Below, in pieces: positions 27,847 to 41,626 of a stretch of 64,000 bases of DNA. How positions within the stretch are numbered: position 1 is the first letter of the stretch; the number at the start of each line of letters is the position of its first letter. A program made the translations under genes and the position numbers. The notes beneath the pieces were generated by a model. It had not been told where the DNA came from and did not search any database. It saw nothing but the letters and a program-made list of their open reading frames with translations. The DNA lies in assembly GCA_002633005.1 (NCBI GenBank), contig NMRA01000001.1:1740278-1804277 (forward strand), in the 5' to 3' direction. The stretch is from Phoronis australis. Its lineage: Eukaryota > Animalia > Phoronida.

Positions 27847-29763
27847 TTATACGCCCACATAATTATATGTGAGTGCATATTGCCATCATCTCTGTCTAGG
27901 TGTCTGGCGTCCGCAGCTGTATATCCTAAACACCTTGCTGGATTTTAATGAAATTTGGCAAGTGTGTTCCTCAGTGGCTGACGAAAGACGACAAGATTCG
28001 GACAGTCGTGAATACCACTGTGCCACCCAGCGGCAATTTTATTACGTTTGCCTCTACGGTATCTTCAGAGTTCCTTGATGGTTTTCATGAAATTCGGCAA
28101 ATAGGCTTTTAATGTGAAGGTGATGTCATGCCGTTCCATTTTCGGATGGATTTGACAATTTTATGCCACCTTGTGGACATTTTTGTTATTTTTGGGTCAG
28201 TTTTCTGGTGTCCACTTCTCTAGCAGCCTTACCACTGAAAAGATCATTATAAAATTTTATAGATGTGTTGTTGATGAAAGGCTACGACTGACATTGATAC
28301 GGATGGGTCCGACTACTGTATTGCTCCTAGTGGTGATTTTGTTTTTTGCGTTTGTGGCCGAATCTCCTTAACCCTTTGAAGAAGCTTTATGAAATTTGAA
28401 AGATGCTTTCCTGTGGAGCTGTCGACAAGTGGTAACAAGTGATCCAAATACCACTGCCCCCAAGTGGCAAAATGTTTTTTTACATTTGCCTCTGTCTTCG
28501 AATTTCAGTAAGGTATTTACATGAAATTTGCAAATAAGTATTTAATATAGAAGCAATGATGCCATTCCATTTTTGGACAGATTCAACGAACTATACACCT
28601 CCTTGTGGTCATTTTTGGTATTTTTGCATCCGTTTTCTGGGGTCCGCTTCTTTATCTGCCATAACGCCCAATGGATCATTATGAAAATACTGATATGTTG
28701 CTGATAAGAAGGCCACGACTGACGTTGGCTTTCGGACCGGTCTGACTACTGTGTCATCCCCTTATGGTGATTTTTTTGCGTCTGCAGCTGAATCTCTAAC
28801 CCTTTGAAGGAGCTTTGTGAAATTTGAAAGATGTATTCCTATGCAGCCGTCAGGAAACAGTAACGGGTGTCGAACTGATCCAAATACCACTGTGCCCCCT
28901 AGGGGCAAAATGTTTTTTTTTATGTTTGCCTCTTTATCTTTGGATTTCAGTAATGTATTTTCATGAAATTAAGCAAGTAGGTTTACATTAAGAAGATGAC
29001 GCTTTCCCATTTTCAGACAGATTTGATGTAAATTCTGTGCCACCTGGTGGTCATTTTTCTTATTTTTGCATCCGTATGCTGGCATCCACCTCCCTATCTG
29101 TCATATTGCATAGAAGACCATGAGAATTTACAGATGTGCTTCTGATTAGAAGGCCACAACTAACGTTGACATTCAGTCGATTCCGATTACTGTGTCGTCC
29201 CCAAGTGGTCTGATTTGGTTTCTTTGCGTCGGCCGAAGCTCCTTGACCCTTTGAAGGAGCTTTGTGAAATTTCAAAAATGTGTTCCTATGGAGCCTGTGA
29301 CATGTGGTAACAAATGTCGAACTAATACAATTACCACTGTTCCTCCTAGTAGCAAAATGGATTTTACATGTATCCTTGAAGCTCATGAATATATTTTAAA
29401 TTTCATGAAATTCCATTAAGGAGATGACTAACGCCTTCCCATTTTCGGACATGTTTGATATTTCTGTGCTACCTGATGGCCATTTAAAAATTTCCATGTA
29501 TGTTTTTGCCAAACTCCTCAAGGGATGAAAATTCCTGATACGAAGACCCTGACTGATGTGAAATTTCCGATGTTTTTTACCATTCTGGCGTTCCTTTAGG
29601 AGGAATTTTGCGTTTTTGCATCTGCGGCTATATTTCCTTAACCCTTTTTTAGGATCTTTGCGAAATTTGGCTATAACCAGGCTTTTAAGGAAATGGCAGG
29701 AAATCACGAGTTTTTGACCAATCGGACTATAGCGCATTTCAACGCTCCTCCATTGCTCTTGTT
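27847..29763 (+). mobile_element. Longer copy of the same HINE-like family (~13 monomers, ~435-bp trimer periodicity)
   Basis: Starts ttatacgcccacat and ends gcgcatttcaacgc...ttgctcttgtt. The repeated catgaaatttg and cc.cctagtgg motifs are as in 3518-4803. Confidence 0.7.
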
Positions 29764-30759
29764 ATCCCTGCATGCGCCTAGTTAAAACTAGGCAAATTAA
29801 TTAAAGATGAGTTAGGCAACACATACACACAAGTGACAAGGTAAAGGGATAGGTTGCCAAATGTTTTATGACATCCACAAAGCACATCTTATGCTAATGA
29901 TCAACTAAAAATGTTTTTAATCCTTAATTACTGTGGAGAAATTTGACAAAATGAAATTTCAACTATCTGCCGTATTGTGCAGGCCTCCCAATGTCGAATA
30001 TGTTACTACTTGTTCCTGCTCTTTGGAAGAATTTCTACTTTTTCCTACTTTTTTGTCAAGATATGTCGATGACTAAATTTCTTGATTCTCAAATGAAGAA
30101 TTGTGTCGTTATCAGAACTAAAGTAAAATGCAATAATCATGCTTATTGACATTTAGATTCCAATTTGAAAACAACAATGTGTCCGTCTGAACTTGAAGGC
30201 TTATTCTTTTGATGGATTCCATGTTGTAATAGGGGTCATGTACCCCCATAGCTTCTGTTGTATTGCTATGTCACTTGTTTAGAGTCACCATGATTGTCCT
30301 CTGGAGATCTTTAGTTATAAGGTCTAGTTCACTTGTAAAGAATTTGTGTCTGGGTTACAATTTTACTGAACTGGCTGTTTTACTGTTTACATCGTTAGTT
30401 ACAAAATTTAGTTTATTCATTGGCCAGGTGTTGGCAGATTTCTTCAGAAATGATCGTGAGTATATGTTGGAAAATTTACCTAGGCCATGCATCTGTGTCA
30501 GTCACGAGTATATAGTGTAGGATTTTGCTTTATTCATAGTTCATTTTCAGTTTAGATGCAGTTTCAGGACTGGTATAGTCTTGAAACTAATTTGGACAGC
30601 GTTGTTGAAAAGTTATTTTTAACTGACTAGTTTTAGCAGCTACTGTATTTAATGGTCGGCTAACTTGTTTTCAAATAATGATTGTTGCATTCACAAGATA
30701 TTGTGGGTGCAACTACGTAAGTTCAGTATTCGATTCAGTGATATGTTGAACAGAATACA

Positions 30760-31153
30760 ATAGGGCCGTCCCGGATTACACCGTGATAGAACTCTCCTTT
30801 GTCCCAGAGGTAAGAAAGCATGTGACCTCGTTTTGGAAATCGGCACATTTTTCGTGTCTCTCATTGGGGTCAGGAAGGCGAAGTATTGCAGATTACGCAT
30901 CTACAGATATATGTTCAGTTTATCAAACTTTCTCATGTCGGAGTTGCAGCTAGCTCACAACACATCAGTAATACTTCGTTGGCATTGGAAGAATGAATAG
31001 AGCAATGCAACGGACAAAGCAGTGTAAAGAATTAGACATTAACAAATAACATGTGAAACTCCAGTGGCATGAAAACAAGGCACCAAATGATACGGCATTG
31101 TGGGTAAAAACAATGAATTTCAAGTGTCGCTGTGTAATCCTGGATGGCCCTAT
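30760..31153. mobile_element. MITE-like element with 22-bp terminal inverted repeats, superfamily unassigned
   Basis: atagggccgtcccggattacac versus gtgtaatcctggatggccctat (2 mismatches). No clear target duplication. Confidence 0.55.
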
Positions 31154-32641
31154 CCCGTTACAGTACAATCTTGCCATTTTAGGACAGAATGTGACTGATG
31201 TTTTTCCATGAAGAATTTTAGCTCAAAATTAAATGTTTTCCCAGTGCTCAAGTTTTGTGCCATTAACTTCCATCGGAATATGTTTTGGAAAACCGTGGCT
31301 GTTTAAAACAATGATAGAAGGCCATGGATGATGAAAAAGTGCATTTTTGGTGGTCATTTTGCCTGAAATTCATGACATTTTACTGTAGCTGCTTTTAAGG
31401 AGTTAGCCCAGACTGGTTTGCAGTTAAAACATATTTTGGATTATTGCTCAATATATACCGCCATTATAAACGGCTGTCTTTCCTGCTAGACCAAATAATA
31501 CGAGAAATTGCAAGGCGCTGTCTTCAGATAGCTTCTGATTTTTCAGAATGTCCAGGTGACTACCATAGCAGTAGTGAAGACAGTTGTCTGATTAATTTCT
31601 CAGAAATCATTTTGAATAAAACTGTGCTACCCGACCTTCATGTTTTCCTCAAACGCGCAGTTTGCTAACAAATCATCAAGTTGTCAACAAACGCAGGACC
31701 TTTATTACTTGTAAAATATCGAATATGAGAGCATAGCTTAAGTTTAAATGCAGGGCTGTCAACCACTAAAGGTATAATCTGTAACGATCATGTTAAAAAT
31801 GTGTATTTCGCAAGTGAAAACTTGAAGATTTCCAACATTTTCAGATAAAAACTTTAACTTTCAATCACAAGATGGGTTAGATATACACTAAAACAACAAT
31901 TTTCAATTTCAAGTCATGTTTAAGTATAAAAGCAAAATATTCGTAATAACTCAACTCATCACGTTGATCTTTTTCTACTTATGCTGTTAATACTGCCGCG
32001 GCCCCATTAACCCTGATATCTCGTAATTCCTGATCCAAAGCCCTGTTGTAGGCGTCAGGGTTCTCGGTGTTGAAGACAGCGTGATTGAAAGTGGTTAATT
32101 CCATTCCTGTTTTCTAAGTGTAATCTAATTCATTGTTATACTCCTCTCTCAAAGTTTGCTTTCCACATATTAACACGATATCCAAAGCATACGATAATGC
32201 AAAACCAAGTAAGCGCATTTTTCATTGGCCAGTGCTTCACAAAAAGTTGCAATTGACTAATCGCAAATTTCATTCGACATACTTAGCTGAAAATCATTGG
32301 AGTTTAATGAAAAATGTAGAACTTATGAATTATTTTGTATTCAAATAGTCATGAAGGAAGTCAACAAGGAATTAAAATCGTGACAGCATTATACAGCGCC
32401 ACACGTTGGTTGTGAAAATAGTTATCCGTGACGACATGTGTGGCCTGGTTCAAGATTGCCTAAACACGTTATTGGATGAATCTTATTGAAATAATTATAA
32501 TGAATACATAGAAACGCTTTCGTGTTACCGATGTGCAATCAAACCTCTCCATCTCCTGTCAGAAATGCCAACATTCAGTTTCCAAGGTATTTTTACTATC
32601 ACGTGATTGTTTTAAGAGAAACCAATGCTCAAAATGTGCTA

Positions 32642-33228
32642 CCGTATTCGCCGTAATAACCGCCCATGCCCCTATAAGCGCCCCCACGCGTTTTCAGACT
32701 TTGCAGAAATAAGCGCCCAGTCCATGAACGTGTACATGTGAACAATGACGTACCTACAGTCCTAAAACTCGGCTACAGTAACGTCTTCAATTTATCAAAA
32801 AAATTTTGCACGGGTCTTCTAGACCACCAGCAGCACTGCTACGTTTGTATTTAGCCGTGACTTTATACTTCAAAGTAACGCAGCGCTTCAAAAAGAACGC
32901 AACAGCATTGCTACGCTCTCGCGACAACCGCGTCCCACTATGGTCTGACCTTTCAGTACGCATCGACTGTCTCATGAATAAAAATAACTCGGTGTTAAAC
33001 ACACGTGGCCAGGAAGCGCACGCTACATCCATGAACCTGTCTTCAAAGACAGTTGGGAACTATCCATTCATGAAACGGGTAGCATAGCATCGATAAGAAA
33101 TGAATATTGGCACTAATTTCCGACAATTTCTAATACTATAAAACATGTTTGCGTTATTTTTGAGATGGATTGTTTGATTAACCATAATTGGTGTTTTTAA
33201 GCCGAATATCCGATAAAATGACAACTGA
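32642..33228 (+). mobile_element. Left part of another copy of the 2-kb family, cut by a gap
   Basis: ta|ccgtattcgccgtaataaccgccc start, colinear with 57665-58345. Confidence 0.8.
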
Positions 33229-36200
33229 NNNNNNNNNNNNNNNNNNNNNNNNNNNNNNNNNNNNNNNNNNNNNNNNNNNNNNNNNNNNNNNNNNNNNNNN
33301 NNNNNNNNNNNNNNNNNNNNNNNNNNNNNNNNNNNNNNNNNNNNNNNNNNNNNNNNNNNNNNNNNNNNNNNNNNNNNNNNNNNNNNNNNNNNNNNNNNNN
33401 NNNNNNNNNNNNNNNNNNNNNNNNNNNNNNNNNNNNNNNNNNNNNNNNNNNNNNNNNNNNNNNNNNNNNNNNNNNNNNNNNNNNNNNNNNNNNNNNNNNN
33501 NNNNNNNNNNNNNNNNNNNNNNNNNNNNNNNNNNNNNNNNNNNNNNNNNNNNNNNNNNNNNNNNNNNNNNNNNNNNNNNNNNNNNNNNNNNNNNNNNNNN
33601 NNNNNNNNNNNNNNNNNNNNNNNNNNNNNNNNNNNNNNNNNNNNNNNNNNNNNNNNNNNNNNNNNNNNNNNNNNNNNNNNNNNNNNNNNNNNNNNNNNNN
33701 NNNNNNNNNNNNNNNNNNNNNNNNNNNNNNNNNNNNNNNNNNNNNNNNNNNNNNNNNNNNNNNNNNNNNNNNNNNNNNNNNNNNNNNNNNNNNNNNNNNN
33801 NNNNNNNNNNNNNNNNNNNNNNNNNNNNNNNNNNNNNNNNNNNNNNNNNNNNNNNNNNNNNNNNNNNNNNNNNNNNNNNNNNNNNNNNNNNNNNNNNNNN
33901 NNNNNNNNNNNNNNNNNNNNNNNNNNNNNNNNNNNNNNNNNNNNNNNNNNNNNNNNNNNNNNNNNNNNNNNNNNNNNNNNNNNNNNNNNNNNNNNNNNNN
34001 NNNNNNNNNNNNNNNNNNNNNNNNNNNNNNNNNNNNNNNNNNNNNNNNNNNNNNNNNNNNNNNNNNNNNNNNNNNNNNNNNNNNNNNNNGTGCCAGTAGA
34101 ATTGCTAGCTACAGTGCCAGTAGAATTGAAAAATACTTTAAAAGCAAGGTGTTGGTTGATGTCAATGTCAATATCTGAGCAGTAGAGGTAAAAATCTTAA
34201 ATGACTTAAATTGCCATTTTAAAAATGTTTAGTGGCCTGTTACGTTGCTCAAATTGCACAAAATATTGTTTCATGAAACCAAATGCTAACAATGGTGTAT
34301 TTTTTTCTTCACAATTTTTTTGTTGAGAAATTTGACAAAATGAAATTTTACTTTAATTTCCACTAAGTTGTCATAAACTGAAAATTTGTTTTCCTGCACC
34401 TTACTTGATGCTGCGAACTGCGAAGCCAAGTGGCTTCTTCTTCAAATTTGCAGCTTTGAAGAAGAATCAAATATCTTGAACTTAACACCAATGTTCGTGT
34501 TTTTTCGTCTTGAGTCACTCTGCCTCTGGTGGTTCAAACTTGTTGCACTTTCTGAGGTTCCAGATGGTCGATTCACAATATTGATTATAAGCTGCTTTTT
34601 GTAGACAAATAGTTTTTGCACTTTCCATTTTCATTAATTGTGTTTTTTTGTTATCGCCATAATGAGAAAAATGTAGTCTCCAATGATGTACATGAATAAC
34701 AACTCGAGGTTGCAGCCTGTCTGTCAGTGGCCTTAGTTGGCCTTAGTACAGCATGACAAAGATGTCATCAACATGAGTGATTGGCAGTAGTTTATATGGT
34801 TGTGTCCTAAAGCTCTGTTTTTTCTTTCAACTTTTTTTACTTGCCACTTCTACTTAAATTATTTCGTGAAATATTGATCTGCTGCCTAAAGCAACCTGTG
34901 CAAGTATTGCGTTTTAAACTTGTTATGCACCTGTCTCTTATCAAAAAAGCTTAACTTTTGATTTGGGTCTCATAAAATTGACCTCCACTTGTTCTTTGTT
35001 CATATTAGGAGTGATTTCTTGAGACCATACTTAAAAAGGTGGATTGGTTATAGCTTGTCGTGTGCACCCAGTCATAAGTCTGTTTTTCTCTCACGTTTCC
35101 ATACTTTTGGATATTTCAAATTTTCACAGTTACTACATTTACTGTTGTTACAAATCTTATCTGGATTATGATATGAACACCCTCTGGACCACACAAGTTG
35201 CCTTCAGAAAAATTTGTAGTCTCAAGTTATAGAATTTTGTTGTTTAGTAACACTGGACATCCCGCTTTAAATGTCGACTAGTGGCATGCCCCTAGACCAT
35301 GTGTCTTATTCAAATTATATCCATTCACTGTCTTGGTCACTGAGAAACTGATACTCAAGTGGTGTGCCTGAAAAATCATGCAACTTATAGTGGGCTCAAG
35401 GCTCACAAATGGTGCTACCTTGTCAGGATTGCAGTCAAATTTGGTAAATATTGTGAACACCCTTCGAGAATTGACCTATTTCGTGATGAATTAGTACACG
35501 CTCAATGTTTTGCTTTATTGGGTAGCAGAACCACCGAATATAATGTTTCAATTTGTAAAATTGAGGCCAAATAGTGTTCCAGGAGGTTTCTACCATTTGT
35601 CTGTAAATACTTATTTTGAAGTATAAAAGTAAGCCGCTTCCATGATCAAACACTAGATGGAGCTACTAGTTGTTGCATAAGCCATCAACATTGATGCAGC
35701 CTGTGGATTGGGCATGTGCAGTGAACTGTCTCAGGTGTTGTGGCTCACATAATAATGACTGTGTCTTAGACCTCTGGCCAACTCGATAGCCAACAAAAAC
35801 TTATTTCACACCAGCAAATGTTTAGGGAAAAGGCTGGAATTTGTACAGTCCTCTAGGATCTGAAAGTGCTAGTTTAAAAATGTACTAAATAATCATTTTC
35901 ATGGTTTGATTCAGTTTGAAAGCACCAAACTGTGGTACACTGAATAATAATAACAACTATGTCAAGTATTTTGAGGGGGTAATGTAGCAACATGATCATT
36001 TATAAAATTTGGTGTTATTTATTGACACCAACCTCTGGCCTTTACATCCAAACAACTTTTTGCTAAGTCATTCTTCCAATGTTCTCTAGCATTACAACAT
36101 TCACATGGTACATGCATGGTGGTCAATGATGAGCACTCTTGAAATCTTTGCCACTCATGGCATCTGAACTGTAGACGGAAGGAGATTGCCTGCGTGTGTG

Positions 36201-36414
36201 TGCGCGCGTGAAATGAACATGCCCAGAACTGTAGATGGCACTTACTTTTCTTCAGTTTCCACCTGCTGGTTTAATACCCTTGGTAACTAGTCCATTATGT
36301 TGGTTCAAAAACCTAACCATGTGCAGTTTTCACGAGTTATATGAATATTCTTTTTAAAAACTTTCAAACTGAAAATTTAAAAAATACTACTGTCACCTCG
36401 AGTGTTTACGACCA

Positions 36415-37380
36415 TATTTATTATGGGCAATACCCCTTCCCCCCTACCCCCCCAAAATCGGAAGCTAGGATTCATCAAATTTACACTCTGACTTATCTGT
36501 AACCTATGACAGACGTTCTACAAAACTGATGCATTGCTATCAAACTTCATTGTTAAGTTACGATCATTTTACAAAAAGTTGTTCTGAAATTGCTGGACGA
36601 AACCTCACTGATGCGTCACTGCCTTGCGATCGTCGATATGGCTACTTGAATAAAAACAGAGTTTTGACTCAACGAATTACCTGAAATCCTTACTTAAGTT
36701 TTGCAAGTAGCGTCCCTAAGATTTTTAAGTTCTTGTGAGGTTGTGATTAACAGCAGGTTAAGTCCAAATCTGCGCAACACGAGAAAAATCTTTGAACGAA
36801 CACCTCGGAAAACACATTTTGATGTCATGTGATGTTTGTTTTGACTGGAACGTAGTGTGTGCTTCCCGGCCACATGCTTTTAACACCAATTTTTTATATG
36901 TGAGACAGTAGTCAGCTGAATGGCATACTTTTGAGTAATAGCCTTCGATTCGTGGTTTTCACGTGTACAAAGAAATTTGGAATCCTGTTGAGCCGAGAAG
37001 AATTGGAAACTGTATGTGAAAGATACAATCCTTTTGACATTGACAAGTAGGGTGTGTCCGTTTTGAAAGGCCAAACCATAGTGGGACACCAAAAGTTCCT
37101 CGCAAGGTTAGCAAAACTGCTGCATTCTTTTTGAAGCACGGCAGAAGTTTGAAGTTTATAGCCACGACTAAATACCGACACAGCGGCGAGGCTGGTGGTC
37201 TAGAAATTCCGTGCACAATGATTTTTTTCAGGACTGTCGGATCTTCTTGATAAATTGAAGACTTTAATATAGAATACTAGGAGTGTAGCCATTTTTTCAC
37301 ATGCACACATTCATGGGCTGGGCTCTTGTTTCACCGAAGTCTGGAAACGCATGTGAGGCACTTATAAGGGCGAATAGGGT
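36415..37380 (-). mobile_element. Inverted, internally deleted copy of the 2-kb family
   Basis: Ends agggcgaataggg|ta. 36460-36780 is the reverse complement of ~59235-59565, and ~36950-37380 is the reverse complement of the element's left arm. Left boundary approximate. Confidence 0.7.
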
Positions 37381-38220
37381 AAGTTACATTATGTCTTTCT
37401 AATAAAATAGTACTTCACTCCATCATGATGAAACACTCTGTTTGAGCATGGTCACCCTTTTTGTCTCAAGTTTTCAACAGCTTGAAATATCCCATATGAA
37501 TAGGTAAACCAAGGNNNNNNNNNNNNNNNNNNNNNNNNNNNNNNNNNNNNNNNNNNNNNNNNNNNNNNNNNNNNNNNNNNNNNNNNNNNNNNNNNNNNNN
37601 NNNNNNNNNNNNNNNNNNNNNNNNNNNNNNNNNNNNNNNNNNNNNNNNNNNNNNNNNNNNNNNNNNNNNNNNNNNNNNNNNNNNNNNNNNNNNNNNNNNN
37701 NNNNNNNNNNNNNNNNNNNNNNNNNNNNNNNNNNNNNNNNNNNNNNNNNNNNNNNNNNNNNNNNNNNNNNNNNNNNNNNNNNNNNNNNNNNNNNNNNNNN
37801 NNNNNNNNNNNNNNNNNNNNNNNNNNNNNNNNNNNNNNNNNNNNNNNNNNNNNNNNNNNNNNNNNNNNNNNNNNNNNNNNNNNNNNNNNNNNNNNNNNNN
37901 NNNNNNNNNNNNNNNNNNNNNNNNNNNNNNNNNNNNNNNNNNNNNNNNNNNNNNNNNNNNNNNNNNNNNNNNNNNNNNNNNNNNNNNNNNNNNNNNNNNN
38001 NNNNNNNNNNNNNNNNNNNNNNNNNNNNNNNNNNNNNNNNNNNNNNNNNNNNNNNNNNNNNNNNNNNNNNNNNNNNNNNNNNNNNNNNNNNNNNNNNNNN
38101 NNNNNNNNNNNNNNNNNNNNNNNNNNNNNNNNNNNNNNNNNNNNNNNNNNNNNNNNNNNNNNNNNNNNNNNNNNNNNNNNNNNNNNNNNNNNNNNNNNNN
38201 NNNNNNNNNNNNNNNNNNNN

Positions 38221-38939
38221 AACACGAGAAAAATCTTTGAACGAACACCTCGGAAAACACATTTTGTTGTCATGTGATGTTTGTTTTGACTGGAACGTAG
38301 TGTGTGCTTCCCGGCCACATGCTTTTAACACCAATTTTTTATATGTGAGACAGTAGTCAGCTGAATGGCATACTTTTGAGTACTAGCCTTCGATTCGTGG
38401 TTTTCACGTGTACAAAGAAATTTGGAATCCTGTTGAGCCGAGAAGAATTGGAAACTGTATGTGAAAGATGCAATCCTTTTGACATTGACAAGTAGGGTGT
38501 GTCCGTTTTGAAAGGCCAAACCATAGTGCGACACCAAAAGTTCCTGCTGCATTCTTTTTGAAGCACGGCAGAAGTTTGAAGTTTATAGCCACGACTAAAT
38601 ACCAACACAGCGGCGAGGCTGGTGGTCTAGAAATTCCGTGCACAATGATTTTTTTCAGGACTGTCGGATCTTCTTGATAAATTGAAGACTTTAATATAGA
38701 ATACTAGGAGTGTAGCCATTTTTTCACATGCACACATTCATAGGCTGGGCTCTTGTTTCACCGAAGTCTGGAAACGCATGTGAGGCACTTTTAAGGGCGA
38801 ATAGGGTAAGTTACATTATGTCTTTCTAATAAAATAGTACTTCACTCCATCATGATGAAACACTCTGTTTGAGCATGGTCACCGTTTTTGTCTCAAGTTT
38901 TCAACAGCTTGAAATATCCCATATGAATAGGTAAACCAA
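38221..38939 (+). repeat. Near-identical repeat of ~36776-37512 across a gap (likely assembly or allelic redundancy)
   Basis: Same sequence including non-transposon flank, with a few substitutions and one ~18-bp indel. Confidence 0.85.
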
Positions 38940-38991
38940 TGGTGAATATGCAGTGTTCACTTCTCATTGAAACAGGTCAACTGGTGTAAAC

Positions 38992-39410
38992 TTTGACTCT
39001 GACTCTAGGCATTGTCCATCCACTGCAGGATGTAGCCCTCCGACAATGCTTTTCAATTTGTCCTGTCTCTTGCCGCTCTCATCCATGTTATGCCTCTCGT
39101 CTTCACGATGTCATCTCTCCGTCTGGCTTGGGGCCGTCCTCTTGATCTCTTTCCATATCTGGGTTGCCACTCTGCATCTTTTTGTCCATCTGTTGTCCTG
39201 TGCTCTGGCGATGTGTCCGCCCCACCTCCATTTCAATTTCAGAATTGTCTTGATTATGTCCATGACTCCTGTATGTTGCCTTCAATGATGGTAAAGTGTT
39301 CAATTGAATGAAAAGCCTTTTCATAGTCTATGAAACCAACACACAGTGGTAGGTTAAATTCGTTACGTTTTTCAATTGTTTGTCCAAGGGCTTGCAGATG
39401 AACAGGGCTT
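38992..39410 (-). mobile_element. RTE-clade LINE remnant, frameshifted and internally deleted
   Basis: RT motif QTIEKRNEFNLPLCVGFIDYEKAFHSIEH is joined to the C-terminal KWRWGGHIAR.QDNRWTK and KRSRGRP motifs. A short tandem tail (ttgactc)x2 follows. Confidence 0.8.
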
Positions 39411-41360
39411 AATTGATATTTTCCGTATGTAAAACTGACTTTGTGTGAATTAGATGAGGCAAGAAATTCCCACCAAGTAGCCTCCTGAAATAAGGGAGGC
39501 ACAAAATATTTCTTAAAAAAAGATTTTGAGAGTACAAAATGAGGTGAATTTGTTAAATAGGTGGAGGAATTACTGTAGTATCCTTTGAAATAAAAGATTT
39601 CACTCTGTCTCATTATTTGACTTGAGATTTCTTATTAAACACATTGAAAATGTCAGCAAGAAATATCTAAAGATTAGTTCACTGACATTTTATGCTAAGG
39701 TAGTTTCAGAAAGCTCTTCTTAATAACAAGTTATTTGAGATGCAGTATGAATGGCATTATGCAATAGATTAAACACTATTGATTTTATACGCTTTTGTAA
39801 ATTAAAAAGCCTATTAAAAAGCCTTGTGTAGGTGTGTGTATGCTTTTAGTATTCCATTACCCCTTATTAATGTGTTCTCAGATTTAGGTCGCTATTAATT
39901 ACATTATTATTGTTTTTTAATTCTGATTATGCATTTAGAATATTCGCTTTTCTCCACTCTCAGTTTCAGTTCTGATAGACCTTTTGAAGTTTTGCAGAAT
40001 TTCAGTGGAGAATATTTTCAACAGCATCAATATTGTCAGAAACCATAGCAATGAAGTGATGTATCTCCTGTAGTTTTACCATATTGTATTCAAATACTTC
40101 ACAAAGTAATGGACAGTTAATCAAATGAAGTCGCTTCTGATAGTGGAGCTCTTCATTAAGCCCAGATATAATGCTTTCTAGTCCTATTACTGTACGTTAT
40201 ATTTTTAATATTTATTAGGAAGATTATAATTCATATTCAAGAATATAATTATATTCTGCCTTATAAAAGTTAAAAATTTAAGTGTATCTGGACACATATG
40301 GTATTTCAGTCAATTGTAACTAGTATACATTGTAGCTGTTTGATGTTCTCTGAACAAAAAACAACTAGCGAAAGGTCTTTGTTGGCTTTTGTGTCTCTTT
40401 AGCACCAGCTCATTTTTGCCTGGCTAGGGCATACATCAAGACTTTGATTTTTGGAAAGTTTCGATGGCCTCTAGGCCTCTACTGGCATGTTTACCTTTTG
40501 CATGAGCCTCTATATTTACCAGGTTTGATGATGGCTTTTCTTGAAATTTAGCAGATAAAAGTTTATGTGGGAGAGCAGCAATTTTCCTTCTTGGACAGTT
40601 CCAGCTTCTCCATTTTGTGGCAATTTAATTAGTGTGGTGTTCACTTTTAGCACTCGTAGCACGAAGACTAAGCATGAAAATATTTCATCAGTGACAATGT
40701 TCCCAATGCTTTCGGATGTCTACAGTTGAATTACTGTATCACATCTTACTTCTAAACAAGTGTTTTCTGGAGAACCCACTCTCTTGTAGCATTTAGTGTG
40801 GCCATTGCATAAGTGCATGCTAATTGTGATGTTTATTCTTGTCGCTAATTTCACGCTAATTTTATGGATGAAATAAGAGCTACCCAGCTACCCATATAAT
40901 TAACTTTCCTGTATTTGACAATGTCAACATTCAGTGCAGATACAAATAGATGTGACAGTTAGTTACACCAATCATTCTATAATTGCATACATGCTTCTCA
41001 ATTCGCACACTCAAAATTATTTATCAACATCAATATTTTACCTTCCTGTTAATTTGCTCATGTTCTGATGAAGGACTTTCTCCGCATTTCGCACATCAAC
41101 TAAGAGTCAAACATGCATTTGAAGTTAGATGCTATGAGATTTTCCTGGACTGTGTTAACTGTGATATTGTGAAGAGTTAATCCTTATTTCAGGACTCATT
41201 GATCTGTGTTAAAAAGTGTTTGAATTAACATCACTGGCAATTAGAAAATGGTTTCACAAAGGACTGCTTTAACTGTCCATTAAGTTGGGGTGTATCGATA
41301 GTTTCCAGAATGATTTTAGCTAGTAGTATCATTAAATTACCACGGATTTCCTAAAACATA

Positions 41361-41626
41361 AAGCCCTTTCCCACACCGTTAACTGCACTACTATCTAAGC
41401 TTCTATGTTAACTGCGGTTAAGCACGAAGTAAAGTGTCAGTGTTCCCTTTAGCTTCTGAGTTGTTCAGAAAACTAGTGATTGCAGTGATCCCTGGCAATC
41501 ACTGCTATAGCATCTAAGTGTTCCCATTGGGAACGTTGTCACTTCGCTGTTAAATCTACCTCTTTACTCTGGAGTTAACTCGCAGTTAAGTGTTCGCATT
41601 GATCGAACACCAGTGGGAAAGGTCTT
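41361..41626. mobile_element. Related short Harbinger-type MITE
   Basis: TIR-like aagccctttcccac ... gtgggaaaggtctt, with shared gttaact motifs. Confidence 0.6.

Noticed and set aside
34400-34610. Minus-strand CESTIWNLRK resembling a pogo/CENP-B HTH
   Set aside because: Too short and interrupted by stops to support a call.
33188-38334. Long ORFs of 264-303 aa (and 18976-19374)
   Set aside because: Artefacts of translating N-gaps.
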